NCBI GenBank assembly: GCA_965277805.1
Contig: OZ255842.1
Coordinates: forward strand, 4,384,001-4,448,000
Length of the DNA: 64,000 bases
Origin: Candidatus Lustribacter sp.
Lineage (GTDB): Bacteria; Vulcanimicrobiota; Vulcanimicrobiia; Vulcanimicrobiales; Vulcanimicrobiaceae
Direction of reading: 5' to 3'
Position 1 is the first letter of the stretch. Each line of letters begins with the position of its first letter. The notes under the pieces were generated by a model. The model made no database searches. It was not told the origin of the DNA and saw nothing but the letters and a program-made list of their open reading frames with translations. This document shows positions 20,711 to 30,381 of the stretch, one piece after another. Both the position numbers and the translations under genes were made by a program.

Positions 20711-21838
20711 TTGGGACGGGTGCTCGATCTCTCGCGTCAAGCCGGCGTCTATGCGACCCGGCTCTTGGCCGAGCAAGGTCACGACGTGATTCGGCTCGAG
20801 CCGCCCGGCGGCGATGCGGTGCGGCGTCAAGGACCGTTCCTCGGCGGCGCGCCCGACATCGAAGACGGCGCCTACCATCAGTTCTTCAACGCCGGCAAAC
20901 GCAGCGTTGCGCTCGACGTGACGACGGCCGCCGGCCGCGAAGCATTCGCGCGGCTCGCGCAAATGGCCGACACGATCGTCGCGAGTTTGCCGCTGCCGAT
21001 TCCCGAAGCCGAACTGCGCGCGCGCAATCCGGATCTCGTGCTGGTGCTGATCACCGAAGACGACCGACCCGAGCTGTGCGCGTACGCGCGGTCGGGCCTG
21101 CTCTCGATCACCGGCCATCCCGATCGCGCGCCGGTGCTGATGGGCGGTCACATTATGTACGCCGCCACCGGTCTCTGGGTGATGATCGCGGCCGCATCGG
21201 CGCTGCTCGTGCATCGCATGACCGGCGAAGGCCAAACCGTGACGGTCGACATCCAGCAGTGCTTCGAATCGTTTCTCGATCACGGCATCGAAAACTACAT
21301 GGCGCGCGGACGGCGCGTCGAGCGCAGCGGCGCGCGCGGCTCGGTGACGGCGCTCGCCGGGGCGCTGCCCAGCAGCGACGGCTTCTGGATGCTGAGCTTG
21401 ATGGACTCGCGCGAACAGTGGCGGATGCTGCTCGAGTGGATGGACGATCCGGCGCTGACCAACGACGAGACGCTCGGCAAGTACGAAGCGCGGCTCGCGC
21501 GGCGCGACGAACTGCTCGACCGCATCGGCAACTGGGCGAGCGGATCCACCAAGCTCGACGTTGTGAGCGAGGCGCAGAGCCGCCACATTCCGGCGGCGCC
21601 GATTGCGACCTCGCTCGATCTGGCCGAAGACGCGCAGTTGATCGACCGCCGCTTTTTGGTCGAGATCGATCACCCCGCGCACGGTCATATGCTCTTCCCG
21701 CGCGGCGCGCTCGCCACGATCTGGGATCGCGAAATGCCGGTCGCGCCACGGCTGGGTTCGGCCAACGCCGAGATCTTGCGCGAAGTGGGTTACACGGAAG
21801 AAGAATGCGTGCTGCTGTTCGAACGGAGCGTGATATGA
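20711..21838 (+). CDS. Class III (CaiB/BaiF) CoA-transferase subunit, apparently lacking the catalytic Asp
   Basis: RVLDLS, LLAEQGHDVIRLEPPGGD..R, NAGKRSVALD, APRLG; GHIMY where ..D is usual. Start TTG 20711 is an estimate. Confidence 0.85.
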   Translation: MGRVLDLSRQAGVYATRLLAEQGHDVIRLEPPGGDAVRRQGPFLGGAPDIEDGAYHQFFNAGKRSVALDVTTAAGREAFARLAQMADTIVASLPLPIPEAELRARNPDLVLVLITEDDRPELCAYARSGLLSITGHPDRAPVLMGGHIMYAATGLWVMIAAASALLVHRMTGEGQTVTVDIQQCFESFLDHGIENYMARGRRVERSGARGSVTALAGALPSSDGFWMLSLMDSREQWRMLLEWMDDPALTNDETLGKYEARLARRDELLDRIGNWASGSTKLDVVSEAQSRHIPAAPIATSLDLAEDAQLIDRRFLVEIDHPAHGHMLFPRGALATIWDREMPVAPRLGSANAEILREVGYTEEECVLLFERSVI

Positions 21839-22332
21839 GGCATCCCGATCCGGTTGAGGTCGAACAGCGGTATTTCGAGGATGTCCACGTCGGCACCGAG
21901 ATCCCGCCGCGCGACTTCGGGCCCCACACGCTGCTCAGCGCGGTGTTCTGGGCGGCCGTGCAAGAAAACGCCGGACTGCTGCACCTCGATCGCGATTACG
22001 TGCGCGAATTCCGCGGCGCACCCTCGATCGTGGTCAGCGGTCAGCAGCGCCAGAGTTTGCTCACCCGCGCGCTGATGGACTGGGCCGGCCCGCGCGGCTT
22101 CCTGCGCAAGATGGATTGCCGGCACCGCACCTCGACCTACGAAGGCGACTCGCACATTTTCTCGGCCAAGGTGATCGAGAAATCGAGCGATCCCGAATCG
22201 CCGTGGATCGTATTGGAGTTCGACGGCCGCAATCAAAAAGACGAGCAGATCTTGCGCGGCACGTGCACGATTCTGTTGCCGCGCCTCGACTGGCCGATCG
22301 AGCGCCACGTGTGGGACGCCGAGACGCCGTGA
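21835..22332 (+). CDS. MaoC-like dehydratase (hot-dog fold)
   Basis: RYFEDVHVGTEIP, LHLDRDY, DWAGPRG, GRNQKDE; ATGA overlap. Confidence 0.82.
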   Translation: MRHPDPVEVEQRYFEDVHVGTEIPPRDFGPHTLLSAVFWAAVQENAGLLHLDRDYVREFRGAPSIVVSGQQRQSLLTRALMDWAGPRGFLRKMDCRHRTSTYEGDSHIFSAKVIEKSSDPESPWIVLEFDGRNQKDEQILRGTCTILLPRLDWPIERHVWDAETP

Positions 22333-23489
22333 GCAGCCTGAGCGGCAAGTACGCAATCGTGGGCGTCGGTGAATCCGACGTCGGTCAGCGCACGGGCCGC
22401 ACCGGCATGGAACTGCACCTCGAAGCGGCGACGCGCGCCATCGCCGATGCGCGCATTGAGAAGTCGGCGATCGATAGCGTGATCGCGCGGCCCGCGCACA
22501 GCGCGAACATGGACAACTACTCCGCCGTGCTGGCCTACCAGCTCGGCCTGCAGCCCGCGTACATCACCGACGTCGGCCTCAGCGGCGCATCGTCGGTGTC
22601 GATGATCCTCGCCGCGGTGGCGGCGCTCGAAGCTGGGTTCTGCACGATGGCGCTGTGCGTGAACGGCGACTCGTCGAGTTCGCGCGGTTCGGCCAAAGAG
22701 ATGCACGCCGCGCACCGCAATTGGATCGACGATCTCGAGCGGCCGTACGGCTTGGTCGGTGCGCCGATCCAGTACGCGCTGCCCGCGATGCGGCACATGT
22801 ACGAATTCGGTACGACGAGCGAACAGTTCGGCGCGATCGCGGTCGCCTGCCGCAAGCACGGCGCCCTCACGCCCAACGCGGTGTGGCGCGAGCCGATTAC
22901 GCTGGCCGAGCATCAAGCCTCGCGCATGATCGTCGATCCGTTCCATCGCCTCGATTGCTGCGGCACGACCGACGGCGCGGGCGCCGTGATCGTGACGTCG
23001 GCCGAACGCGCGCGCGACCTGGCGCAAAAGGCCGTGTACGTACTCGGCCTCGGCCAGCACGCCTCGCACGCCGACGTGCAGTACGCCGCCTCGATGACGA
23101 CGAGCGCCGCCAAAGGCGCCGCGGACCAAGCCTACGCGATGGCGGGCCTGCGGCCGATCGACATCGACGTGGCCGAACTCTACGATTGCTTCACCTCGGT
23201 CGTGCTCGTCACGCTCGAAGATTACGGCTTTTGCAAGAAGGGCGAGGGCGGACCGTTCGTCGAGGGCGGCCGGATCGAACTCGGCGGCGAATTGCCGGTG
23301 AACACGAGCGGGGGACTGCTCTCGCAAGTCAACGCCAGCGGATTCTTTCACATCACCGAAGCGGCCACGCAGATGCGCGGCAGCGCCGGTGCGCGTCAGG
23401 TCGAGGACGCGGAAACCGCCATCGTCAGCGGACAGTGCGCGGTGACCGGCGTCAACGCATGTCTCATTCTCGGAAACCAACAGCCTTAA
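22329..23489 (+). CDS. SCP2/Ltp2-type thiolase-fold protein (probably non-thiolytic)
   Basis: AIVGVGES, DCC..TDGAGAVIVTS, AELYDCF, LPVNTSGGLLS; no catalytic Cys at LSGASS. Confidence 0.9.
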   Translation: MSSLSGKYAIVGVGESDVGQRTGRTGMELHLEAATRAIADARIEKSAIDSVIARPAHSANMDNYSAVLAYQLGLQPAYITDVGLSGASSVSMILAAVAALEAGFCTMALCVNGDSSSSRGSAKEMHAAHRNWIDDLERPYGLVGAPIQYALPAMRHMYEFGTTSEQFGAIAVACRKHGALTPNAVWREPITLAEHQASRMIVDPFHRLDCCGTTDGAGAVIVTSAERARDLAQKAVYVLGLGQHASHADVQYAASMTTSAAKGAADQAYAMAGLRPIDIDVAELYDCFTSVVLVTLEDYGFCKKGEGGPFVEGGRIELGGELPVNTSGGLLSQVNASGFFHITEAATQMRGSAGARQVEDAETAIVSGQCAVTGVNACLILGNQQP

Positions 23490-23504
23490 CATGGGAGCCT
23501 TCGC

Positions 23505-24608
23505 ATGATCGCCTGTCTTTCTCCGAACGGACAAAACACGACGCGCGGCAACGATGCCGTGACGAAGTTGCTGGTGGCAACGGTCGAGGGCATCAGCGTA
23601 CTCGAGCGCGAGCGGCCCGGTGCCGAGTGGCAAAACCGCGGCCACAAGCTCGAGGGCAAGCACTGCAGCTCGATCATGATCGAGCCCAAGCGCGGCGGCA
23701 TCTTTGCCGGTTTTCACGAGAACGGCGGCCTCTACTTCAGCAGCGACGGCGGCGAGACGTGGGAGCGCCGTATGAACGGTCTCACGATCGATCACGTCTT
23801 CTCGGTCGCGTACGCGCATCACGGCGATAAGGTCGTGTTGTATGCGGGCACCGAACCCGCGTCGATCTTCCGCAGCGACGACTACGGCTTGACGTGGGTC
23901 GAGCAGACCGGCGTGAAAGAGGCGCCCGATCGCGACAAGTGGCTCTTCCCGGGCAAACCGCACATCCCGCACGTGAAATCGATCACGGTGAGCCTCGCCG
24001 ATCCGAACATGGTGTGGGCGCTGGTCGAACAGGGCGCGCTCATGCGCACGACCGACGGCGGCGCGACCTGGATCGAACAAAAAGATTACTCCAAGCCCGA
24101 AGATCACAACTACCGCGACGTGCACCAGCTCACCATGCACCCGGTGAACACGAACGAGTTGTGGCTCACCACCGGCATGGGCGCCTACCACAGCCTCAAC
24201 AGCGGTGAGAAGTGGGAGCAGATCACCGACACGTCGTTCCGCGTCGGCTATCCCGACCATACGTTCGTCTCGCCGCTCGATCCCGACATGATGTTCGTTT
24301 CGGGCGCGATGATGTATCCGGGGCACTGGAAGAAAGTGCACCGCGCCGATCCCACGGTGATGAAGTCGCGAGATCGCGGACGCACGTGGGCTGATTCGAG
24401 CGAAGGTCTCGCCGAAGACCGCCGCGCGAACATCGAAGCGATGAGCATGGCGATCTATCCCGGCGGCTTCTCGCTCTTCGTCGGCAACACCGACGGCGAG
24501 GTCTACGAAACCGGCGATGCGGCCGAACACTGGACGCAGATCGCGCGTGCGCTCGGCCCGGTGTCGAAGATCTATCACTACAAGAACTTGCTGCCCGTTC
24601 CGGCGTGA
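23505..24608 (+). CDS. BNR/Asp-box repeat beta-propeller protein, no signal peptide
   Basis: Repeated S-x-D-x-G-x-T-W boxes (SSDGGETW, SDDYGLTW, TTDGGATW, SRDRGRTW); AGTEPA. Confidence 0.85.
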   Translation: MIACLSPNGQNTTRGNDAVTKLLVATVEGISVLERERPGAEWQNRGHKLEGKHCSSIMIEPKRGGIFAGFHENGGLYFSSDGGETWERRMNGLTIDHVFSVAYAHHGDKVVLYAGTEPASIFRSDDYGLTWVEQTGVKEAPDRDKWLFPGKPHIPHVKSITVSLADPNMVWALVEQGALMRTTDGGATWIEQKDYSKPEDHNYRDVHQLTMHPVNTNELWLTTGMGAYHSLNSGEKWEQITDTSFRVGYPDHTFVSPLDPDMMFVSGAMMYPGHWKKVHRADPTVMKSRDRGRTWADSSEGLAEDRRANIEAMSMAIYPGGFSLFVGNTDGEVYETGDAAEHWTQIARALGPVSKIYHYKNLLPVPA

Positions 24609-25813
24609 TCGCACACGAACGGGCGCAAACGGCGTCCGGTGTCAGCCCGATTGCCGGGCTGAAGGTCTTCGACTTCACCCACGTCTTCGCCGGCCCGTTC
24701 TGCACGCGCACGCTGGCCGATCTCGGCGCCGACGTCGTGCACGTGGAAAGCCCGTCGCGCGATCCGGGCGACCGCCATCGCGCGACCTACGCGCACCGCA
24801 ACAAACGCTCGATCGCGCTCGACCTCAAGAGCGAAGCGGGACACGCTGTTGCGATGCAACTGGCGATGGGCGCCGACGTGATCGTCGAAAACTTCAGCGC
24901 CGGCGTAATGCGACGCTTGAAGCTCGACTACGAAACGCTCAGCAAAGACAACCCGCGCCTGATCTACATCAGCCTCTCGGGTTACGGCCATACCGGTCCG
25001 CGCAAATCGTGGACCAGCATGAACATGAACCTGCAGGCGTACACAGGTCTCATGCTCACGACCGGCGCTGAGGGCGATCCGCCGACCGCGATCTCGAATT
25101 CGTGGAACGACTACATCGGCGGCCTGCACGGTATCATCGCCGTGCTCGGCGCACTGACCGAGCGCGAAGACACCGGCCGCGGCCGCAACATCGACTTGAG
25201 CCAATTCGAGTGCAGCGTTGCGACGGTCGGCGCGCTCTTGATGGCGTCGGCCGTTTCGGGCAAACCGCCGAAGCGCTGGGGCAACCGTTCGAGCAGCGCC
25301 GCGCCGCAAGGCGCCTATCCGTGTGACGGCACCGACGAATGGTGCGTGATCGTCGCCGAAACCGACGAGCAGTGGCGTGCGCTGGCAAACGCGATCGGCC
25401 GCGCCGACCTCGCCGCCGACGAACGCTTCGCAACGGTGGTCGGACGGATGCGTCATCACGACGAGCTCGATGCGGCGATCGGCGCGTGGACGCGCGGCCG
25501 CCGCAACACCGAGGTGGAGCAGACGCTGCAGGCCGCCGGCGTTCCGGCCGAACGGATGCGGCGCGTGGACGACGTCGTCGAATCGCCGGATTCGGGCGGC
25601 GCATACCGGCCCGTGCCCGGCGAGCGGAAGAAGCCGCTCGTTGCCCCGTCGGTGCCGTTCACGTTCAGCAAGAGCACCGTGGCAACGTTCACCGCGCCGT
25701 GCACGTTAGGAGAACATACCGAAGAGGTACTGCGTGACTGGCTAGGCTTAGACGCCGCCGCAATCGCGTCGTTGCAGAGCCGGAACGCGTTCGGAGCTGA
25801 AAGGACAAACTGA
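24605..25813 (+). CDS. Class III (CaiB/BaiF) CoA-transferase with catalytic Asp
   Basis: GLKVFDFTHVFAGPFCTR.LADLGADV, RNKRSIALDLK, ADVIVENF, SGYGHTGP, WNDYIGG. Confidence 0.93.
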   Translation: MIAHERAQTASGVSPIAGLKVFDFTHVFAGPFCTRTLADLGADVVHVESPSRDPGDRHRATYAHRNKRSIALDLKSEAGHAVAMQLAMGADVIVENFSAGVMRRLKLDYETLSKDNPRLIYISLSGYGHTGPRKSWTSMNMNLQAYTGLMLTTGAEGDPPTAISNSWNDYIGGLHGIIAVLGALTEREDTGRGRNIDLSQFECSVATVGALLMASAVSGKPPKRWGNRSSSAAPQGAYPCDGTDEWCVIVAETDEQWRALANAIGRADLAADERFATVVGRMRHHDELDAAIGAWTRGRRNTEVEQTLQAAGVPAERMRRVDDVVESPDSGGAYRPVPGERKKPLVAPSVPFTFSKSTVATFTAPCTLGEHTEEVLRDWLGLDAAAIASLQSRNAFGAERTN

Positions 25814-26757
25814 TGGCCTCGTATTCGCGCGCCGCAGCATTGACCGGTATCGCCGCACTCGCCGCCGCGCCGGCGATCGTTCGCGGCGCCGACTTGGCTC
25901 CGATCCGCATCGGCGCCGCGCCGACCGACGCGACCGCCCAGCATCTCTACGCGCAAGACCTCGGCATGTTCGCGGCTGCCGGGCTCAGCGCGGAAATCCA
26001 GCCGATGCGAACGTCGGCATCGCTGATCGCGGCGATCGTCGGCGGCTCGCTCGATGTCATGACGAGCACGGTCGTTTCCATCGCGCTCGCGCACAACAAG
26101 GGCATCGATATGCGCGTGATCGCGGAAGGTAACGTCTACGACGGCCCGCCGCCGCAAGCGGCGATCGTGGTCGCGCCGAACTCGACGATCAAGAACGGCG
26201 CCGATCTCAACGGCAAGACCGTTGCGGTGAACGGTCTCGGCGATCTCACCCAAGTGGCGATCGCGGCGTGGATCGACGCTAACGGCGGCGAGTCGAAGTC
26301 GGTGAAGCTGATCGAGGTGCCGTTCTCCGGTGTCGGCGCGGCGCTCGCGCAAGGACGCATCGATGCCGCGCTGCTGGTCGAACCGTTCACGGCGGCGGCC
26401 CGCGCGGCGGGCCAGATCAAGATTCTCGGTGACCCGCAAGCAGCGATCGGACGCGGCTATATGGTCACCGGCTGGTATGCGAAGGCCGACTGGCTGAACG
26501 CGAATCGCGATACGGCGCGGCGGTTCGTCGACGTGATGCTGCAGACGGCGAAGTGGGGCAACGCGCATCATCCCGAGTCGGCAGCGATCCTGGCGAAGTA
26601 CGTGGGCATGACGGCCGATGCGATCCAGACGTCGCCGCGCGCCGTTTACGGCGAGAAGCCGATTCAGCCGGCGATGATTCAGCCCGTGCTGGACTTCTCG
26701 ACCAAGTACATCGGCCTCGAAAAGACGTCGGCCGCGGCGTTGATCTGGCGCGCTTAA
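25813..26757 (+). CDS. SsuA/NMT1-type ABC solute-binding protein
   Basis: YSRAAAL leader; DLNGKTVAVNGL, GRIDAALLVEPF. Confidence 0.9.
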   Translation: MASYSRAAALTGIAALAAAPAIVRGADLAPIRIGAAPTDATAQHLYAQDLGMFAAAGLSAEIQPMRTSASLIAAIVGGSLDVMTSTVVSIALAHNKGIDMRVIAEGNVYDGPPPQAAIVVAPNSTIKNGADLNGKTVAVNGLGDLTQVAIAAWIDANGGESKSVKLIEVPFSGVGAALAQGRIDAALLVEPFTAAARAAGQIKILGDPQAAIGRGYMVTGWYAKADWLNANRDTARRFVDVMLQTAKWGNAHHPESAAILAKYVGMTADAIQTSPRAVYGEKPIQPAMIQPVLDFSTKYIGLEKTSAAALIWRA

Positions 26758-27167
26758 AGGCGCGGTTGGAAGAGCGGCAACGTTGCCGCATCGGCGCGCT
26801 CGAGATAGGTAACCTCGACCGGCATGCCGATGCGCACCGCATCGGGATCGACGTTGACGACGTTGCTGAGAAAACGCGGTCCCTCTTCGAGTTCGATCAC
26901 GGCGACCACGTAGGGCACCTTTTCTTCCCAGCCGCGCCCGAGCGCCTGGCGCACGACGGCGAAGGTGTACACCGAGCCGCGGCCGCTCGCCGGTACCCAT
27001 TCGTGCTGGTCGCTCAAGCAATTTTGGCAGATGGGACTCGGCGGATGCCGGAACGCCCCGCACGCGTTGCAGCGCTGGATCAGCAGCTCCTTGCGCGAGG
27101 TTCCGTCCCACAGCGGCGTAAACATGAGGTGAACATCTTCGCGCGGAGATCGATATCTCCGGCGCAA
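26754..27167 (-). CDS. DUF35-type Zn-ribbon/OB-fold protein (start 27167 or 27125)
   Basis: LLIQRCNACG..HPP..ICQNC, ASGRGSVYTF, PYVVAVIELEEGPR, IGMPV. Confidence 0.92.
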   Translation of the reverse strand: MRRRYRSPREDVHLMFTPLWDGTSRKELLIQRCNACGAFRHPPSPICQNCLSDQHEWVPASGRGSVYTFAVVRQALGRGWEEKVPYVVAVIELEEGPRFLSNVVNVDPDAVRIGMPVEVTYLERADAATLPLFQPRL

Positions 27168-27207
27168 AGGAGAACTGTTAGGTACCTAAGTAACGCCGAA
27201 AGACGCC

Positions 27208-27720
27208 ATGGCTGAATCCGAACGCACGCGCTCGCGAGAGCGCGAACGCCCCACCCAAAGCGCTTACGAGGTGGCAATCACCTACGATAAGGAGCGCACC
27301 GAGCGGCAAAGCGTCGGCCGCGTCGTTTTGCGGTTGGAAGATTGCCCGCAAGAGCAAACGCGTCAGGGCCTCTTGCGCCCGTACCTCGATCCCTTCCTCA
27401 TTCCCGACACGCCGTTGCAGCACTGGGCCGTGTTCACGCACGAGATCCATACGAAATCTGGTAAGCACCGTCATCAAGGCGGTCTCGTGATCTACGTGAT
27501 CGACGGCAAGGGCTGGTCCGTGGTCAACGGCGAGAAAGTCGATTGGGAGAAGGGTGACCTGGTGTTGCTGCCGTTGGAAAAAGGCGGCGTCGAGCACCAG
27601 CACTTTAATGCCGACCCGGCGCATCCGGCGCTCTGGATCGCGTTCATTCACTTTCCGCTGCGCGACTACGTCGCCTCCGAAATGACGCAACTCGAAACCG
27701 CGGTGGACTATCGTGAGTGA
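27208..27720 (+). CDS. Cupin-domain protein (metal ligands intact)
   Basis: SGKHRHQGG..YVIDGKG.S...DWEKGD..EHQHFN. Confidence 0.88.
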   Translation: MAESERTRSRERERPTQSAYEVAITYDKERTERQSVGRVVLRLEDCPQEQTRQGLLRPYLDPFLIPDTPLQHWAVFTHEIHTKSGKHRHQGGLVIYVIDGKGWSVVNGEKVDWEKGDLVLLPLEKGGVEHQHFNADPAHPALWIAFIHFPLRDYVASEMTQLETAVDYRE

Positions 27721-28231
27721 TCGTACCGAACGGCTCGCCGAACAAAACTTCTGGGATCAGATTTTCGAGCTGCGCGACGAACAGCGCGCGCAGCGCAAGA
27801 ACGGCATCATGGTCATCAAGGAAGCGCAGCTGCCGCTCGAGGTCAACAAACAAGGCTTGATGCGCTGGTACATGCATCCGGGCATCAAAGACACGATCCT
27901 TTCGTGCTATCTCGTGTACTCGCAAGAGATTCCGCCTGGCAGCCGCTCGGGGCGGCTCTTGTTCGGCGGCGATCAGGTGATCTACGTCGTGGCCGGTCAA
28001 GGCTATACCGTGCTCGACGGCGTGAAGCATCCGTGGAAGGCCGGCGACGCGTTGAACTTGCCGCTGCGCAAGCCCGGCATCACCGTGCAGCACTTCAACA
28101 CCGATCCCGAGATCACGGCGAAGTTGATCGCCGTCGAGCCGAACTTTCTGCAATGCGCGAGCGTCGATCGAGGCACCGGTTTCGAACAGCTTGAAAACGC
28201 CCCCGAATACGACCGCGCAAAACGAGGCTGA
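27713..28231 (+). CDS. Cupin-domain protein (metal ligands largely lost)
   Basis: EIPPGSRSGRLLFGGD..YVVAGQGYT...WKAGD..TVQHFN; paralog of the preceding cupin. Confidence 0.85.
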   Translation: MSDRTERLAEQNFWDQIFELRDEQRAQRKNGIMVIKEAQLPLEVNKQGLMRWYMHPGIKDTILSCYLVYSQEIPPGSRSGRLLFGGDQVIYVVAGQGYTVLDGVKHPWKAGDALNLPLRKPGITVQHFNTDPEITAKLIAVEPNFLQCASVDRGTGFEQLENAPEYDRAKRG

Positions 28232-28236
28232 TCCCG

Positions 28237-30381
28237 TTGACTCACGCTCATAACCACGCCCACGCTCCGAACGCCGTCCCGCACGTGCACGCAACCGTCG
28301 ACAATCTCGGGGCCACGGCCGGCGGGAGTGCGCGGCAGCGTATCGTGCTCGACGCGGCTCAGATGCAACAGCTCGGGCTTGCGGCCGGCGATACGGTGCG
28401 CGTTGCGACCGAGCGCGGCCGCAGTACGGTTGCCCGGCTCGAGGCTCCGGCCGCCGACGGCAACACCGATATCGTGCGCATGGACCGCTTCGTGCGCCAA
28501 GCGTTGAAGGCGCGTCTCAACGAGTCGGTCGAGATCGAGCCGATCACGCTGGGGCCGGCCAAGCGTCTGGAGTTACTGCCGGCCGCCGACGTCACGACCG
28601 CGCACGATCTGATTCCGCACTTGACCGCGCTGCTCAGTGCCGACAGCACGGTCGTCAGCCGCGATACCGTTCTGTATCTGCCGTTTCCCGGCACGAATTC
28701 CGGCACGACGTATCAAGTCATCACGGTCGACGACGGTCCGGGCTACGTCACGGCCGACACGCAGATCGTCATGCACTATGCCGACGCGCACGTGCCGACC
28801 GGCGCGATGGACGTCACGTTCGAAGACGTCGGCGGCCTCGGCTCGCAGATCCGCGCGGTGCGCGAATTGGTGCAGCTGCCGCTGAAGTTTCCACACGTCT
28901 ACCAGCAGCTCGGCATCGTGGCGCCGCGGGGCATCATCCTCTACGGCCCGCCGGGCGCCGGTAAGACGCGCATGGCACGCGCGATCGCAAACGAGGTCGA
29001 GGCGCGCTTCTACTACATCAACGGTCCCGATATCATCGGTACCTATGCCGGCGAGACCGAAGGCAACTTGCGACGGATCTTCGGCGAGGCCGGACACCAC
29101 TCGCCCTCGATCATCTTCATCGACGAACTCGATGCGATCGCGCCCAAGCGCGGCGAAACCGGCGCGCATGCCGACATTCGCGTCGTCACCCAATTGCTCT
29201 CGTTGATGGACGGTCTCGGGCAAGTGGATGCGGTGGTCGTCGTTGCCACGACGAACCGGCTCGACAGTGTCGACCCGGCGTTCCGGCGTCCGGGCCGCTT
29301 CGATCGCGAGATTTTCGTCGGTCCGCCCGACATCGCCGGCCGTCGCGAAGTGCTCGATATCCACACGCGTGAGATGCCGCTCGCGCCCGATGCAATAGCT
29401 GCGCTCGACGATGTGGCGTATCGCACGCACGGTTTCGTCGGTGCCGACTTGATGGAGCTCTGTCGCGAGGCGGGCCTCTCCGCGCTGCGCCGCAACACGT
29501 CGATGCTGGCCGATCACCGCTCGGCGTTTCGTTTGCAGTCGGAGCAGATCACCGTGTCGCGCGGAGACTTTGAGCACGCGCTCGCGCATGTACGGCCGTC
29601 GGCCTTGCGCGAAACGCTGATCTCGCGACCCGACGTCACGTGGGCCGATGTCGGCGGCATGGACGCGCTGCGGGAAGAGCTGCGCGAGCTCGTCGAGATG
29701 CCGCTGCACAAGCCGGATGTGCTCGCCCAAATGGGACTGTCGGCGCACTCGGGGGTGCTGCTCTACGGCGCGCCCGGCACCGGCAAGACGCTGCTCGCGC
29801 AGGCGGTCGCCAACGAATGCGGCGTGAACTTCATCGCCGTCAACGGTCCGGAGCTGTTCACCAAGTGGCTCGGCGAGTCGGAAGAGGCCGTGCGGCACAT
29901 CTTCCGTATCGCGCGTCAAGTTGCGCCGGCGGTGATCTTCTTCGATCAGCTGGATTCGATCACGCCGGTGCGCGGCGACCATAGCGGTTCGATGACGACC
30001 GAACGCGTCGTCAACCAGCTGCTCGCGGAACTCGACGGCATCGAACCGCTCTCGGGCATCGTCGTGCTGGCCGCGACCAATCGCATCGATCTCGTCGATC
30101 CGGCGATCCTGCGTCCGGGACGGTTCGGCACGCACGTCCACGTGCCGCTGCCCGACGCGGCCGGCCGCCGCGCAATTCTCGAACTCTTCCTCACCGGCAA
30201 CGTCGATGCATCGATCGACGAGCTGGTGCCGCTCACCGAAGGGTTTTCCGGTGCGCAACTGCGCGAACTTTGCGCGCGCGCCAAACGGCTCGCGCTCCGG
30301 CGCACCGGTTACACCGGCGCCGTCGCCACCACCACAGCGGATCTGCTCAAAGCTATCGAAACCGTGAAGGAGCCGACATGA
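28237..30381 (+). CDS. CDC48/p97/VAT-family double AAA+ ATPase
   Basis: CDC48-like N domain (LGL..GD.V, VRMD...R); D1 [38 protein letters not shown] linker; D2 [29 protein letters not shown]. Confidence 0.93.
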   Translation: MTHAHNHAHAPNAVPHVHATVDNLGATAGGSARQRIVLDAAQMQQLGLAAGDTVRVATERGRSTVARLEAPAADGNTDIVRMDRFVRQALKARLNESVEIEPITLGPAKRLELLPAADVTTAHDLIPHLTALLSADSTVVSRDTVLYLPFPGTNSGTTYQVITVDDGPGYVTADTQIVMHYADAHVPTGAMDVTFEDVGGLGSQIRAVRELVQLPLKFPHVYQQLGIVAPRGIILYGPPGAGKTRMARAIANEVEARFYYINGPDIIGTYAGETEGNLRRIFGEAGHHSPSIIFIDELDAIAPKRGETGAHADIRVVTQLLSLMDGLGQVDAVVVVATTNRLDSVDPAFRRPGRFDREIFVGPPDIAGRREVLDIHTREMPLAPDAIAALDDVAYRTHGFVGADLMELCREAGLSALRRNTSMLADHRSAFRLQSEQITVSRGDFEHALAHVRPSALRETLISRPDVTWADVGGMDALREELRELVEMPLHKPDVLAQMGLSAHSGVLLYGAPGTGKTLLAQAVANECGVNFIAVNGPELFTKWLGESEEAVRHIFRIARQVAPAVIFFDQLDSITPVRGDHSGSMTTERVVNQLLAELDGIEPLSGIVVLAATNRIDLVDPAILRPGRFGTHVHVPLPDAAGRRAILELFLTGNVDASIDELVPLTEGFSGAQLRELCARAKRLALRRTGYTGAVATTTADLLKAIETVKEPT

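Noticed and set aside
22233-24614. 793-aa minus-strand ORF (similarly 28573-30396, 25456-27111, 46592-48151)
   Set aside because: Largely antisense shadows of well-supported genes; long stop-free reverse frames are expected with high GC3 and they show no motifs.
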